Source: Candidatus Gottesmanbacteria bacterium
GTDB taxonomy: Bacteria; Patescibacteriota; Microgenomatia; 2-02-FULL-39-11
Direction of reading: 5' to 3'
Assembly (NCBI GenBank): GCA_016186795.1
Contig: JACPKY010000002.1
Span: 604,771-668,770 of the forward strand
DNA: 64,000 nt
Shown here: piece after piece, positions 29,865 to 39,618 of the stretch
Numbering within the stretch: the first letter of the stretch is position 1
How the letters are laid out: the number at the start of each line of letters is the position of its first letter
Notes under the pieces: model-generated
What the model was told of the DNA's origin: nothing
Seen by the model: the letters and a program-made list of their open reading frames with translations, nothing else
The model's database searches: none
Translations under genes and position numbers: made by a program

Positions 29865-30380
29865 ATGGATAAATTAGTAACAATCTCCCAGATTTCTTTC
29901 AAAGATATTCCGCAACTGGTAAATATGCATCATGATCCTACGATGTACACCTATGATCCAGATACAGAAAAAGTTATTACTGAAGAAATTGCAGGGAAGT
30001 ACATCCGAAAAGCTCATAAAATTTGGCAAGAGGGTACTACGTATGTATTTTCAATTCATAATAAGGAAAACGAATTTGTTGGATTTATTACACTTCGTGA
30101 TGTTATCAAAAACTCGTATGCTAAAATAGGATTTGCTATTGCAAAAGAACAACGAAAAAAGGGGTATGTAACTGCGGCAATTGGCGAACTTATCAAATTT
30201 GCCACAGAAATTTTGAAACTCGATATTTTTGAAGCTTATGTAGCTGAAGAAAATATTGCTAGTTTAAAAGCTTTATCTAAAAACGGGTTTGTTACAATTG
30301 ATCCAGAAAATAGTGTCGGAAAATTTAAACCAAGAGAGAATTTCATTGTCCTCCAAAGGAAAAAGAAAAACCTCATATAG
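29865..30380 (+). CDS. GNAT family N-acetyltransferase (RimJ/RimL-like)
   Basis: Acetyl-CoA-binding motif QRKKGYVTAA. Confidence 0.6.
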   Translation: MDKLVTISQISFKDIPQLVNMHHDPTMYTYDPDTEKVITEEIAGKYIRKAHKIWQEGTTYVFSIHNKENEFVGFITLRDVIKNSYAKIGFAIAKEQRKKGYVTAAIGELIKFATEILKLDIFEAYVAEENIASLKALSKNGFVTIDPENSVGKFKPRENFIVLQRKKKNLI

Positions 30381-30393
30381 AAGAACGAAAATT

Positions 30394-30624
30394 ATGGCAA
30401 AGGTGTTTTTAGTAATTCTTACAGTCCCAATCATACTGTTTCTCAGTATTATTATACTTTGGATGAATATTACTCCCGGTTATTTTCAGTCGGTGTGTTG
30501 TAATGTACGGTATGTCTCTGATGATCTTCTGATTTTTTGCAAGCCGGAAATAAATGAATGCATGGAGCTTAATGCTGTAGACACAGGGAAATTATTCTTA
30601 GCTTACCTAGATTTTAATAGATGA
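30394..30624 (+). CDS. small membrane protein (hypothetical)
   Basis: N-terminal TM helix (MAKVFLVILTVPIILFLSIIILW). Start trimmed from the listed ORF. Confidence 0.25.
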   Translation: MAKVFLVILTVPIILFLSIIILWMNITPGYFQSVCCNVRYVSDDLLIFCKPEINECMELNAVDTGKLFLAYLDFNR

Positions 30625-30648
30625 AAGTTAATACACTATCCTCTTTGA

Positions 30649-31392
30649 CTAGAGCAGTTTCATATTCTGTAAAATAGTCAACACGTCCTCTTTGGGGATT
30701 AATTTGTAATCGTACACGACGACTATATATCCTGTATTTGTATCGCCAATATAGTAGTCGAGGTCATTGTACGAAGAAAATATCGGGCTGTAACCATTCT
30801 TCTCGATTGTTTCCTTCTGTATACCATATACCCATCGAAAATAGTGAGGATATTTGATAAGAAAATATTTCTTCCCATCTGTGAAGGATAACTCAGACAT
30901 GAAAACATCTTTTTCTCTATCAAGCTTTTGACTTTTTTCAGTGGGCATTAATTCCGACTGTACCAGGTTTTTGACTATCTGATTGGTCTCCGGAGCGGTA
31001 AAGTTTTTTTTAAGAAAAATATCCCAAATGATAAGAACCGATTCGTCCCCCTTTCGTATTTCGATACCACCACTATCAACATTTTCTACTTCTAGAGATG
31101 GCGGGTGCCAAATCTCAAAATACGCCGGCGCACCGCCTCGGCTACCTTTGGTAACAAACCACCCTTTCTTAAGAGGATAGAAGAGATTACTCTGATCAAC
31201 ACGCTTGATAATTGTGTCATTCCCTTGAATGAGGACGCAGTTAGTATTTTTTCCACAGTCGTACTTTGGTAAAGACGATACTATTGTCTCACCACGTACT
31301 TTTAAGGCAACACCAATTCCAGTTAGAAGTGTTACGAGCATTAATAGAACAATCGTGAGACGTCGATTGATCTTTTTCTTCTTCTTTTTCAT
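30649..31392 (-). CDS. membrane-anchored hypothetical protein with poly-Lys N-terminus
   Basis: MKKKKKKINRR followed by a TM helix. No recognisable domain. Confidence 0.35.
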   Translation of the reverse strand: MKKKKKKINRRLTIVLLMLVTLLTGIGVALKVRGETIVSSLPKYDCGKNTNCVLIQGNDTIIKRVDQSNLFYPLKKGWFVTKGSRGGAPAYFEIWHPPSLEVENVDSGGIEIRKGDESVLIIWDIFLKKNFTAPETNQIVKNLVQSELMPTEKSQKLDREKDVFMSELSFTDGKKYFLIKYPHYFRWVYGIQKETIEKNGYSPIFSSYNDLDYYIGDTNTGYIVVVYDYKLIPKEDVLTILQNMKLL

Positions 31393-31601
31393 AAAGACAC
31401 TTTCATCATATCAAAATCAAGACATTAGTTTCCACTCGAATAGATTTTGGGATCGTAGAATATTTGCGGTTCGGGGTGGTATTTTACTTCTGGTTCAATT
31501 TATTTTTCTTGATCAATTTTCGCACGTATCCATGCGTCCTCTTTCGAATCCAGAATGGTCGCTTCTTCTTGGGAGTTCCGCGTATTTTTTTTGACATACT
31601 G

Positions 31602-31844
31602 TTAGTGGACCTTTTTCCGAGGCCTTCTATTTCGTCTCAGATTTTCTCTTCGCTTGAGGGAGTTTGCCTGTATTGTCTCAATATAATCCTTCCTCTCTTT
31701 GAGTTTACTTTCTACAATTTTTTGGCAGTCAGCATCCGGACAAATGAGCATTGTATATGTAATTTTGGAGGTTCCTATCTTCTCTTTCCACGATGTTGAT
31801 CGTATCCGTTCTTTCCCACAGCGAATACAAGAAAATGTTTGCAT
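31602..31844 (-). CDS. small zinc-ribbon protein with basic C-terminal tail (hypothetical)
   Basis: CIRCG...CPDADC motif and a C-terminal RRNRRPRKK tail. Confidence 0.35.
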   Translation of the reverse strand: MQTFSCIRCGKERIRSTSWKEKIGTSKITYTMLICPDADCQKIVESKLKERKDYIETIQANSLKRRENLRRNRRPRKKVH

Positions 31845-31851
31845 AGATCTC

Positions 31852-32193
31852 TTAGAATCTGCGACCCCGATTGAACCGTGACCCTCTTCTGTCTATTTTT
31901 CCCCTGCCATTCGTATACGTTGATGTAGGGGTTGCTTCTTTTACAGTGATGACTCTTTCTTCGAAAGAGAATCCATTGAGTTTTTCAATTGCTTTTTGGG
32001 CATCCTCCTCGTTTGTCATTTCCACAAACCCAAATCCTCGGCTGGACCCAGTAAAATTATCCTTAATGATCGTTACTGTCAACACAGGCCCAACATCGAG
32101 AAATAACTTCCTTAAATTTTCTTCCTTTGTTGCAAATGATAATTTTGAGACAAAAAGGTTTTTGGCCATACTTGTAACGGAAAACCTGTTCAA
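31852..32193 (-). CDS. RRM-domain RNA-binding protein
   Basis: RNP-2 motif (LFVSKLSF) and RNP-1 motif (RGFGFVEM). Confidence 0.75.
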   Translation of the reverse strand: MNRFSVTSMAKNLFVSKLSFATKEENLRKLFLDVGPVLTVTIIKDNFTGSSRGFGFVEMTNEEDAQKAIEKLNGFSFEERVITVKEATPTSTYTNGRGKIDRRGSRFNRGRRF

Positions 32194-32378
32194 ATGAAAG
32201 GACTGAATTGGTAAGTATCTTTATCTGCCTTAGTAAAACTATGTCAGATTTAAACAGATTTATCAGTTTAATCTGTTAGAAGAAGTATACCACGAATTGC
32301 TGAAAGAAACAACCCTGAAATCAGGAAATTCTCAGTATTCTCCCTACGGATTTTCTTGAAAACAAGTATAATGCTGAT

Positions 32379-33323
32379 ATGTTTATTGATGAGGCCGATG
32401 TTACGTTTGTTGCTGGACATGGTGGAGCAGGGAAAGCATCATTTTATCCCGGTTACAAATCCGGCCCAGACGGGGGAGATGGGGGAAACGGAGGCAATAT
32501 CTATATCTGTGCAACCTCGGATTTAACTACACTCAACCAATTTTCAAGTGTGAAGATCAAAAAAGCTGAAGATGGGTACCCAGGCCAACGATATAGAAAA
32601 TCTGGTAAAAATGGAAATAATGCAACGATACTGTTGCCAATTGGCTGTGAACTAATTGACCAGGATACTAACGAAATCATAGAGGTAAACAATACTACTC
32701 ACCCTATCCTTTTGTGTATATGTAAAGGTGGACAAGGTGGAAGAGGAACGTATGCGCTTGCTAACCCTTCCAATACAACACCCATCCATGCCGAACCTGG
32801 GCAACCTGGGCAAAAAAGACGAATTCACATCGAGTTGAAACTCATCGCGGATTATGGACTCATTGGTCTTCCAAACGTAGGAAAAAGCAGCCTTCTTAAC
32901 CAACTTACAGCTGCAAAAGTCAGAGTAGCACAGTATCCTTTTACTACGGTGGAACCAAACCTCGGAGTGATGAATGGAAAAATTATCGCGGATATCCCTG
33001 GACTTCTAGAAGGAGCATCAAAAGGAAAAGGTCTTGGGATAAAATTTCTCAAACATATCGAAAAAGTACATATTCTTCTCCATTGTATTTCCGCAGAATC
33101 AGACGATGTTGTTGCCGATTATCAAATCGTACGAAATGAACTTCATTCTTTTAATCCGATGATGGATCAAAAGGAGGAAATTATTGTATTAACCAAATCC
33201 GATACAGTATCTGATACAGTAATAAAAGAAAAATCTAGCATACTTTCCAAATTTGGGGAAATACTTCCACTTTCTATTCATGATTTTGAAAAACTTCAAA
33301 AATTAAAAGAAGTATTACAGTAA
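32379..33323 (+). CDS. obg: GTPase Obg
   Basis: Obg fold with a Gly-rich N-terminus (GGDGGNGGNIYI) and a G-domain (GLPNVGKSSL). Confidence 0.8.
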   Translation: MFIDEADVTFVAGHGGAGKASFYPGYKSGPDGGDGGNGGNIYICATSDLTTLNQFSSVKIKKAEDGYPGQRYRKSGKNGNNATILLPIGCELIDQDTNEIIEVNNTTHPILLCICKGGQGGRGTYALANPSNTTPIHAEPGQPGQKRRIHIELKLIADYGLIGLPNVGKSSLLNQLTAAKVRVAQYPFTTVEPNLGVMNGKIIADIPGLLEGASKGKGLGIKFLKHIEKVHILLHCISAESDDVVADYQIVRNELHSFNPMMDQKEEIIVLTKSDTVSDTVIKEKSSILSKFGEILPLSIHDFEKLQKLKEVLQ

Positions 33324-33326
33324 AAA

Positions 33327-33593
33327 TCAGAATAATTTTTTTTGTGCGTCTTTTGCTTCTATTTCCTCAATTGTTACGGGTACTTCAATAATTTTTTGTT
33401 TGGATGTTTCTCCGGACAAGATGAATATCTGAGATTGTGGCTTATTAAAATATTTTGAGAGAGATTGAATAATTGCGTTATTTGCTTTCCCAGAAACAGG
33501 AGGTTCTTTTACTGCTACGATAAAGTGGGTGGTATTCACTTTTTTGACATATGCTTTTTTATTTTTGGGTTTGGCGCGAATAAAGATTTTCAT
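33327..33593 (-). CDS. DUF167/YggU (UPF0235) family protein
   Basis: About 90 aa with the DUF167-like motif AKPKNKKAYVKKV...VSGKANNAII. Confidence 0.55.
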   Translation of the reverse strand: MKIFIRAKPKNKKAYVKKVNTTHFIVAVKEPPVSGKANNAIIQSLSKYFNKPQSQIFILSGETSKQKIIEVPVTIEEIEAKDAQKKLF

Positions 33594-33994
33594 TCGGAAA
33601 CTTCTTGTAACTGGTAATTATAATTGGGATTTATGATCCTTCGTATTTGTAGTTTGTGAGAATGAAAATCAACAACAAATGCGAGGGGCAAATTTTCTTT
33701 CAAAAGATACGCTGTCATCTGTTTATAAAACATTTTATGGTGGAGAAGATCTTTCCCTTTGGTATCCAAAAGTACTTTATCTTCAATAATAAAATCGATA
33801 ACGTGTCTATCAACGACTTTTCCTAAGTATTCAAGCTCAACTTCTTCATCGCAGCGGAAATGGAGCCCTTTTTGTGTTAGCTCATCTTTTATTGCTTCAC
33901 GGTACTGTTCATCATCAAGTGTTGGCCCACCCTCTTCGTGAATCCTAAAGCATATGCCAACAACCATGCGTACAAGAGTTGGTAAAAGAAGCAT
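33590..33994 (-). CDS. GxxExxY family protein (PD-(D/E)xK nuclease-like)
   Basis: ExxY motif (EQYREAIKDEL) and (D/E)xK-like residues. Confidence 0.5.
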   Translation of the reverse strand: MLLLPTLVRMVVGICFRIHEEGGPTLDDEQYREAIKDELTQKGLHFRCDEEVELEYLGKVVDRHVIDFIIEDKVLLDTKGKDLLHHKMFYKQMTAYLLKENLPLAFVVDFHSHKLQIRRIINPNYNYQLQEVSE

Positions 33995-34006
33995 AGAGAT
34001 TGTTAA

Positions 34007-34237
34007 TTACAGTGGATATCCCCCAGCGGGTTTCTTATCTTGCATCCACATGAATTTGTACATATCGCGTATCTCAATTGATGGATGGTCGTCAAATTGG
34101 TATTCCTTGTGGTCTTCGTTGTAATACTGAAGATGCTCTTTTATTCCATAGTAAAGAATTCTCGCAGCCTGAGATCTATTATTTGAATACGTATAGAAAA
34201 GTTTCCGGCAATACGAACAGCGATACATGTAGTACAT
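34007..34237 (-). CDS. hypothetical small Cys-containing protein
   Basis: ORF only; contains CSYC. Confidence 0.25.
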   Translation of the reverse strand: MYYMYRCSYCRKLFYTYSNNRSQAARILYYGIKEHLQYYNEDHKEYQFDDHPSIEIRDMYKFMWMQDKKPAGGYPL

Positions 34238-34276
34238 ACTGAGGGTAGTATAGATGTTTTTGACCTAAAACCCAAA

Positions 34277-35812
34277 ATGATCTCTCATGATAAGATTGTA
34301 GTAATGGGAAATACAATGGATTCTCTTCCAATTTCTCCCGATGAAATTGCTCCTTCTCCGTGGGCGTTTTTTCCTCAACTCCGAGAAGGAGAAATTCATG
34401 AATTGAATGATCAAAGAATTCCAGATGATACACTGACTGCCCAATATGAATGGGGAACAATGAAACGGGTATTTTTTGCACCGGCTACTTTCCTCGGAAG
34501 AGATGCTGCCTTGAAAGTCTATCGAGACCCTTCAAAAGAAGACCAAGCTCTTGATTTTTCCAAAGAGGATATTCCAATAATTATCCATCCCAATGGATTG
34601 GCTACCGAGGAACCACCAATTGGAACAGTGGAGCTCTCGCAATTTAAACGTGAGGCTTATTTACGTGCCAAAAAAAATTTTGGAGATCGAGTTCCACCTA
34701 CTTCTTTCTTTCTGGCAAGGGACCATAAAAATATTCTACGAAATTGGGAAGCACAGGTATGGATACACGGTGACATTATTAGTCAATATGCTGGAATTAT
34801 TCCATTTCTTGAACATGGGGCGAATTCATTTGGAACAATTATCCAAGCAGCAGAAACGATGCTTGAAGAAACAGGATATTTACCAGATTTTCAAGGGAAT
34901 GTGCTGGATAACAGAAACATTATCTGCACGGAAGAAGGCGATTGTTTTCTTGTCGATACCGATGGACAACTGCAAATTGATCCAGATCTTTTCTCAAAAA
35001 TAAAACGTGCGGGAGAAAAAATTGTTACTGCTGGAAAACTCCATCCTGAGATAATAACCTGGATGGAAAAGTCAGATTCTGACCAGGCCTTTCGTTGTAA
35101 ACAACTTCTTCAAACCACAGTTAACTCAATTCAAGAAGCAAAACAATATCTTGTAAAAGCTTTGGAGACTCCTCAGCTTAATGAAGCAGCGCGTGATCAA
35201 CTCTTTGTTCAGCACTTAGAAATCATGCCGATGAGTGTTTTTGATAAAGTAAATGTGCTGTTGGTATACAAAGGACTGCGAACAGCTACTACCACAGAAT
35301 TATCATTTTTTGAATATGATGAGACATATGATGAAACGATGGGTGAACCCGATAGTCGGACAATGACTTTACGTCAAGCAGAAAAACTAGAGACTTTCTT
35401 CAAGGAGTTTTCTCTCCCATATGAACGACAAAAACTGTATGAAGATGAGGAAAACCTTGATCTCTTCCATATTGATTTTCTTATTGGAAAAGATGCTAAA
35501 TCACTTGCTCAAATGAAAAAAGCTGATGGAATGAATGTCTTTGATCCACATCTTGATGAAGAATATGGTATTGCTTTGGGATTTCCAGAAACAGCAGCTC
35601 GAGCTCACTCTAGAGGGCAAACTATCCCTTTAGACGAATTACCTCCTGAAATTGCACAAAGTGAAGTACACCATTTTGCTCAATTTGATATGTCAAGAGA
35701 TCACTGGAAAGAAGAGTTTAAGATAAAACAACTATGGGCGGATACAGTGAAAAGACTTGCCCCCAAAATTTATCAAAATCTACTTTCTTTGGAGCCATTA
35801 CCTGAAAAATAA
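34277..35812 (+). CDS. hypothetical protein (511 aa), no confident domain
   Basis: A long, uninterrupted ORF with coding-like composition. Confidence 0.4.
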   Translation: MISHDKIVVMGNTMDSLPISPDEIAPSPWAFFPQLREGEIHELNDQRIPDDTLTAQYEWGTMKRVFFAPATFLGRDAALKVYRDPSKEDQALDFSKEDIPIIIHPNGLATEEPPIGTVELSQFKREAYLRAKKNFGDRVPPTSFFLARDHKNILRNWEAQVWIHGDIISQYAGIIPFLEHGANSFGTIIQAAETMLEETGYLPDFQGNVLDNRNIICTEEGDCFLVDTDGQLQIDPDLFSKIKRAGEKIVTAGKLHPEIITWMEKSDSDQAFRCKQLLQTTVNSIQEAKQYLVKALETPQLNEAARDQLFVQHLEIMPMSVFDKVNVLLVYKGLRTATTTELSFFEYDETYDETMGEPDSRTMTLRQAEKLETFFKEFSLPYERQKLYEDEENLDLFHIDFLIGKDAKSLAQMKKADGMNVFDPHLDEEYGIALGFPETAARAHSRGQTIPLDELPPEIAQSEVHHFAQFDMSRDHWKEEFKIKQLWADTVKRLAPKIYQNLLSLEPLPEK

Positions 35813-35917
35813 CAAGTTACCTTTTCCAATTATTTCCCACGAAAAAGTAAAAGAGAGGATGTTTTCTACTCTTTACCAAAATTTGAAAACGTACATAGCC
35901 GCTATATACTATGAGTA

Positions 35918-36394
35918 ATGAAGCAATTTCCGAAGCTGCTGTTTGCCATTATTCTTTGTGAAAGCGTTGGAATTCTGGCTACTCCCATAACTATTTCTGC
36001 CATTGAAAATTGGTACAACACCCTCAATAAACCTTACTTTTCACCTCCCAACTGGGTATTTGGCCCGGTTTGGACGCTCTTGTATCTGATGATGGGAATT
36101 TCTCTCTACCTTGTTTGGATGAAAGGATGGAAAAAGAAAAAAGTACAAGTTGCTCTTGTTGTTTTTCTCATCCAGTTAGGAGCTAATTTCCTGTGGTCAC
36201 TCCTTTTCTTTGGACTTCATTCTCCTCTTTTGGGATTTATTGATATCATTTTCCTTTTACTTTCTCTGGGAGCCACCATCTACTATTTTTATTGCATTTC
36301 AAAAACCGCCGCGTATCTTCTCATTCCGTATTTTCTCTGGGTGAGTTTCGCATCGATTCTCAATCTCTCAGTTCTTCTTCTCAACTCATACTAA
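35918..36394 (+). CDS. tspO: TspO/MBR tryptophan-rich sensory protein
   Basis: Five TM helices and the motif FSPPNWVFGPVWTLLY. Confidence 0.75.
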   Translation: MKQFPKLLFAIILCESVGILATPITISAIENWYNTLNKPYFSPPNWVFGPVWTLLYLMMGISLYLVWMKGWKKKKVQVALVVFLIQLGANFLWSLLFFGLHSPLLGFIDIIFLLLSLGATIYYFYCISKTAAYLLIPYFLWVSFASILNLSVLLLNSY

Positions 36395-36420
36395 CTGCCG
36401 TAAGATACATCTGCACCGAA

Positions 36421-36471
36421 AAAGAAGCCAAAGATGCGGGATTTGTGAAATCCAAAGATTGCGACGAATAA
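36421..36471 (+). repeat. about 50-bp imperfect direct repeat, left copy, flanking the hicAB cassette
   Basis: GAAAAAGAAGCCAAAGATGCGGGATTTGTGAAATCCAAAGATTGCGACGAA. It contains the hairpin GGATTT-gtg-AAATCC. Confidence 0.45.
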
Positions 36472-36480
36472 TATATTTAC

Positions 36481-36512
36481 ACTTGACTATATAGTACTAT
36501 ATATAGTACTAT
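36481..36512 (+). promoter_or_regulatory. palindromic tandem repeat, likely hicAB promoter/operator
   Basis: Two copies of TATATAGTACTATATA follow a TTGACT -35-like hexamer, immediately upstream of hicA. Confidence 0.4.
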
Positions 36513-36524
36513 ATATTTAGTTGT

Positions 36525-36773
36525 ATGACGAAACGCCAGAAGAGATTGAAAAAGCTCTTTACGAATCCAAAGTCTGTCAGCTTTGAAGAGTTGAACCGGG
36601 TATTATTAGACTTGGGATTTACCAAAAGGCAGCCAAGGTCAGGAAGCAGCCATCATATATACACGAAAGGTGAGATACAAATTTCGGTGCCGTACAAACG
36701 TCCATACGTAAAGGAAATATATGTTAAACACGTTTTAGAAATTATTGGAGGAATATATGAAAAAAAATCTTAA
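36525..36773 (+). CDS. hicA: type II toxin HicA (mRNA interferase)
   Basis: About 80 aa with the GSHH motif (SGSSHHIYTKG). Confidence 0.7.
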   Translation: MTKRQKRLKKLFTNPKSVSFEELNRVLLDLGFTKRQPRSGSSHHIYTKGEIQISVPYKRPYVKEIYVKHVLEIIGGIYEKKS

Positions 36774-37104
36774 CTATTATCTTGGCCTTGATTATACTGT
36801 CAGACTGAAACAAAATGCTGACGGGACGTATTTTGCAGAAATTGAAGAACTCACCGGGTGCATATCCGAAGGAGATACGAAAGAAGAAGCCTTATCCATG
36901 ATCGAAGATGCAAAAAGAGCGTGGCTTGAAGTAGCATTGGAAAGAAAAACATACATCCCTGAGCCAACCACTGATGAATTCAGCGGTAAACTCAATATCC
37001 GTCTACCAAAATATATTCACCGAAAGTTATCGTATCGGGCAAGACAAGAAGGAATGAGTCTGAATAGTTTTATAAACTCTACTCTCTCTTCTGCAGTTAA
37101 ATAG
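36757..37104 (+). CDS. hicB: type II antitoxin HicB with C-terminal RHH domain
   Basis: RBS GGAGGA upstream. RNase-H-like N-terminal domain and a C-terminal RHH (KLNIRLPKYIHRKLSYRARQEGMSLNSFI). The gene overlaps hicA. Confidence 0.7.
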   Translation: MKKNLNYYLGLDYTVRLKQNADGTYFAEIEELTGCISEGDTKEEALSMIEDAKRAWLEVALERKTYIPEPTTDEFSGKLNIRLPKYIHRKLSYRARQEGMSLNSFINSTLSSAVK

Positions 37105-37131
37105 AAAATCAATATCAGTAAACGTCAAAGT

Positions 37132-37181
37132 GAAAAAGAAGCAAGAGACGCGGATTTACAAAATCTAAAGATTGTGAAAAG
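37132..37181 (+). repeat. about 50-bp imperfect direct repeat, right copy
   Basis: GAAAAAGAAGCAAGAGACGCGGATTTACAAAATCTAAAGATTGTGAAAAG, about 80% identical to the left copy. Confidence 0.45.
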
Positions 37182-37249
37182 TAGATTCTTTTCAATTATT
37201 TTCCTAATAGTAAAAGTGTTTATACGCGACAAATTTTAAACTTAATATT

Positions 37250-37903
37250 CTAAGTGACCTGAAGATGTAAGCCCTTTGTTAGCTCACTTGAAGAAATTTT
37301 ATATTTACGAGAGAAATGAGAAAATTTCAATCCTTTTTGTAATAATTTGGATCTTTCTACAGCTTTTTTTAAATCAAGATAAAAAAGTCCTGGATGTAAT
37401 TTTATCCAAATATTTTTTGATTGTTTCGAGAAACTTAAATGATCTGATAATCTTTGTTTCTTAAAATAATCTAAGTTAAAACCATGTTCAGCACCTGTTA
37501 GAGATATTCCTAAATATTTTTTATTACTTAGTTCAACTGATATTTGTTGATATTGGTGTGCCTGGCCGTTCCTAATTAGGTCAAAAAGCATCGAAAGTAA
37601 TTCATCACCTATATTATTATTCAAAGAAGGCAAAGAAAAGTCTTTAGTTTTTATACTAAGTCCACTTATTCGTGTAAAATATTTTGGCTCTATTTTTGAT
37701 AATTCGCTGGCATACTCATGTAAGATAGTTTTATTATCTAGACACAATCTCGCTATAAACTCTAAAAGGATAGTAGCTAAAAGTGCAAACATAAAATTTC
37801 CCCTGTTGGTTGCATTTTGATTGTTCGCAATACAATTCCATGTTTGCTCAAAATCACCTGTAATAAAATTATATAACGTTTGTGGGGAAAGATTTGTATT
37901 CAT
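37250..37903 (-). CDS. hypothetical protein encoded in an AT-rich islet
   Basis: GC is about 28% against about 40% in the flanks. The start was taken at MNTNLSPQ to avoid overlap with ilvD. Confidence 0.35.
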   Translation of the reverse strand: MNTNLSPQTLYNFITGDFEQTWNCIANNQNATNRGNFMFALLATILLEFIARLCLDNKTILHEYASELSKIEPKYFTRISGLSIKTKDFSLPSLNNNIGDELLSMLFDLIRNGQAHQYQQISVELSNKKYLGISLTGAEHGFNLDYFKKQRLSDHLSFSKQSKNIWIKLHPGLFYLDLKKAVERSKLLQKGLKFSHFSRKYKISSSELTKGLHLQVT

Positions 37904-37905
37904 TT

Positions 37906-39618
37906 TTAACTTGTCACGGCGCCTTTGGAGGCGCTGCTTACCAGTTTGGCGTATTTTGCTAGCACTCCCCTTTTGTATTTGAAATTTGGTCTTTTCCATT
38001 TTCTCTTTCTCTCTTCCAAAACTTTAGCATCAACATCAATATCTACTACTCTTCTTGTCAGATCAATAGTGATACTATCCCCTTCCTCTACCAATCCAAT
38101 CGGTCCGCCGACGTGAGCTTCCGGCGAGACGTGACCGACCATGATACCGTGTGTTCCTCCGGAAAATCTGCCATCGGTAATAAGAGCCACGTCTTTCCCC
38201 AGTCCTGCCCCCATCAGTGCTGATGATGGAGATAACATTTCTCTCATACCGGGTCCTCCTTTGGGTCCTTCATTGCGAATAATAATCACATCGCCTTTTT
38301 TGATTTTCTTTGCCAAAATGGCATCGAGGGCATCTTCTTCCTTATCAAAAACTCTGGCAGGACCGGTATGTTTATCCAGCTCCTTTCCACTTAACTTGAT
38401 AACGGCTCCTTCTAGTGCAAGAGTTCCATAAAGAACAACAATATGATGCTCTGGCGATGCAAATGGCTTTTTTACATGAGCAATAATTTTCTGATCCTCA
38501 GGAAAATCCGGTGCTTCTTTGAGGTTTTCTGCAACAGTTTTCCCAGAAACGGTAAGACAGTCTCCATGGATAAGGTCTTCTTTAAGAAGCATTTTCATCA
38601 CCATTGGGATCCCACCAATGTTATCCAGATGTTCCATCATGTATGATCCAAATGGAGAAAAGTTTCCCAGAAGCGGAACATTTTTGGCAACTTCCGTAAA
38701 ATCATCAAGGGTTAAGGAAACCTCGGCTTCGTGAGCTAACGATAATAAATGTAATACTGCATTGGTTGATCCGCCAAGGGCAAGGACAACAGCAATAGCA
38801 TTTTCAAACGCTTTTCGCGTCATAATATCGCGGGCGTGAATTCCTTTTTCCATCAAATGGAAAAGCGCAGCAACACTTTCCATACAATCTTTCTTCTTCT
38901 TTTCTGAAATTTTATTCTCCCTGTCAACTGCCGGATGAGAAGCGCTTCCCGGCAAGCTCATACCAAGTGCTTCAATTGCTGAAGCCATGGTATTTGCCGT
39001 ATACATACCTCCACAGGCACCGTTTCCCGGACAAGCATTACACTCTATCCGATGAAATTCTTCATCAGTTATTTTGCCAACTCCGGCTGCACCCACTGCT
39101 TCAAAGACACTGACGATATTTAAGTCTTTCCCATTCCCTATCCCTGGTAAAATTGTCCCGCCATAAAGAGTTATTCCAATCGAGTTATTGCGGGCAAGAG
39201 GAATAAGAGCCCCAGGAATTGTTTTATCGCATCCAGCAAGAGTAAAACTGGCATCCGTTGCATAAGACTCTTGCATCATCTCGATACAGTCGGCGATAAG
39301 CTCCCTTGAGACAAGAGAATATTTCATCCCTTCCATGCCCATCGTCTCTCCATCTGTGACAACCGGAGTCCCAAAAACAATGGGTTTTCCACCTTGTTTC
39401 TCAATTTCTGCACCAACAATTTTCCCAAGATCTTCGATATGCGCATTGCAGGGAGTGATGTTGATGGCTGGGCACGCAACAGCAATAAGTGGTTTGGTAA
39501 AATCTTCGTCAGTAAATCCAACTGCTCGCATCATGGCCCGGGCTGGGGCGCGCTTGATCCAGTCTTTTCCCCCGGGAGTACCAGTTAATTGGTTGCTGCG
39601 GTTTTTGAGGGATTTCAT
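37906..39618 (-). CDS. ilvD: dihydroxy-acid dehydratase
   Basis: ILVD/EDD family motifs (CDKTIPG and Fe-S cysteines). Confidence 0.9.
   Translation of the reverse strand: MKSLKNRSNQLTGTPGGKDWIKRAPARAMMRAVGFTDEDFTKPLIAVACPAINITPCNAHIEDLGKIVGAEIEKQGGKPIVFGTPVVTDGETMGMEGMKYSLVSRELIADCIEMMQESYATDASFTLAGCDKTIPGALIPLARNNSIGITLYGGTILPGIGNGKDLNIVSVFEAVGAAGVGKITDEEFHRIECNACPGNGACGGMYTANTMASAIEALGMSLPGSASHPAVDRENKISEKKKKDCMESVAALFHLMEKGIHARDIMTRKAFENAIAVVLALGGSTNAVLHLLSLAHEAEVSLTLDDFTEVAKNVPLLGNFSPFGSYMMEHLDNIGGIPMVMKMLLKEDLIHGDCLTVSGKTVAENLKEAPDFPEDQKIIAHVKKPFASPEHHIVVLYGTLALEGAVIKLSGKELDKHTGPARVFDKEEDALDAILAKKIKKGDVIIIRNEGPKGGPGMREMLSPSSALMGAGLGKDVALITDGRFSGGTHGIMVGHVSPEAHVGGPIGLVEEGDSITIDLTRRVVDIDVDAKVLEERKRKWKRPNFKYKRGVLAKYAKLVSSASKGAVTS

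Noticed and set aside
31530-31560. tRNA-like TTCGAATCC motif (ctctttcgaatccagaa)
   Set aside because: No flanking 5-bp T-stem and no acceptor or anticodon arms could be built, so this is a chance match.
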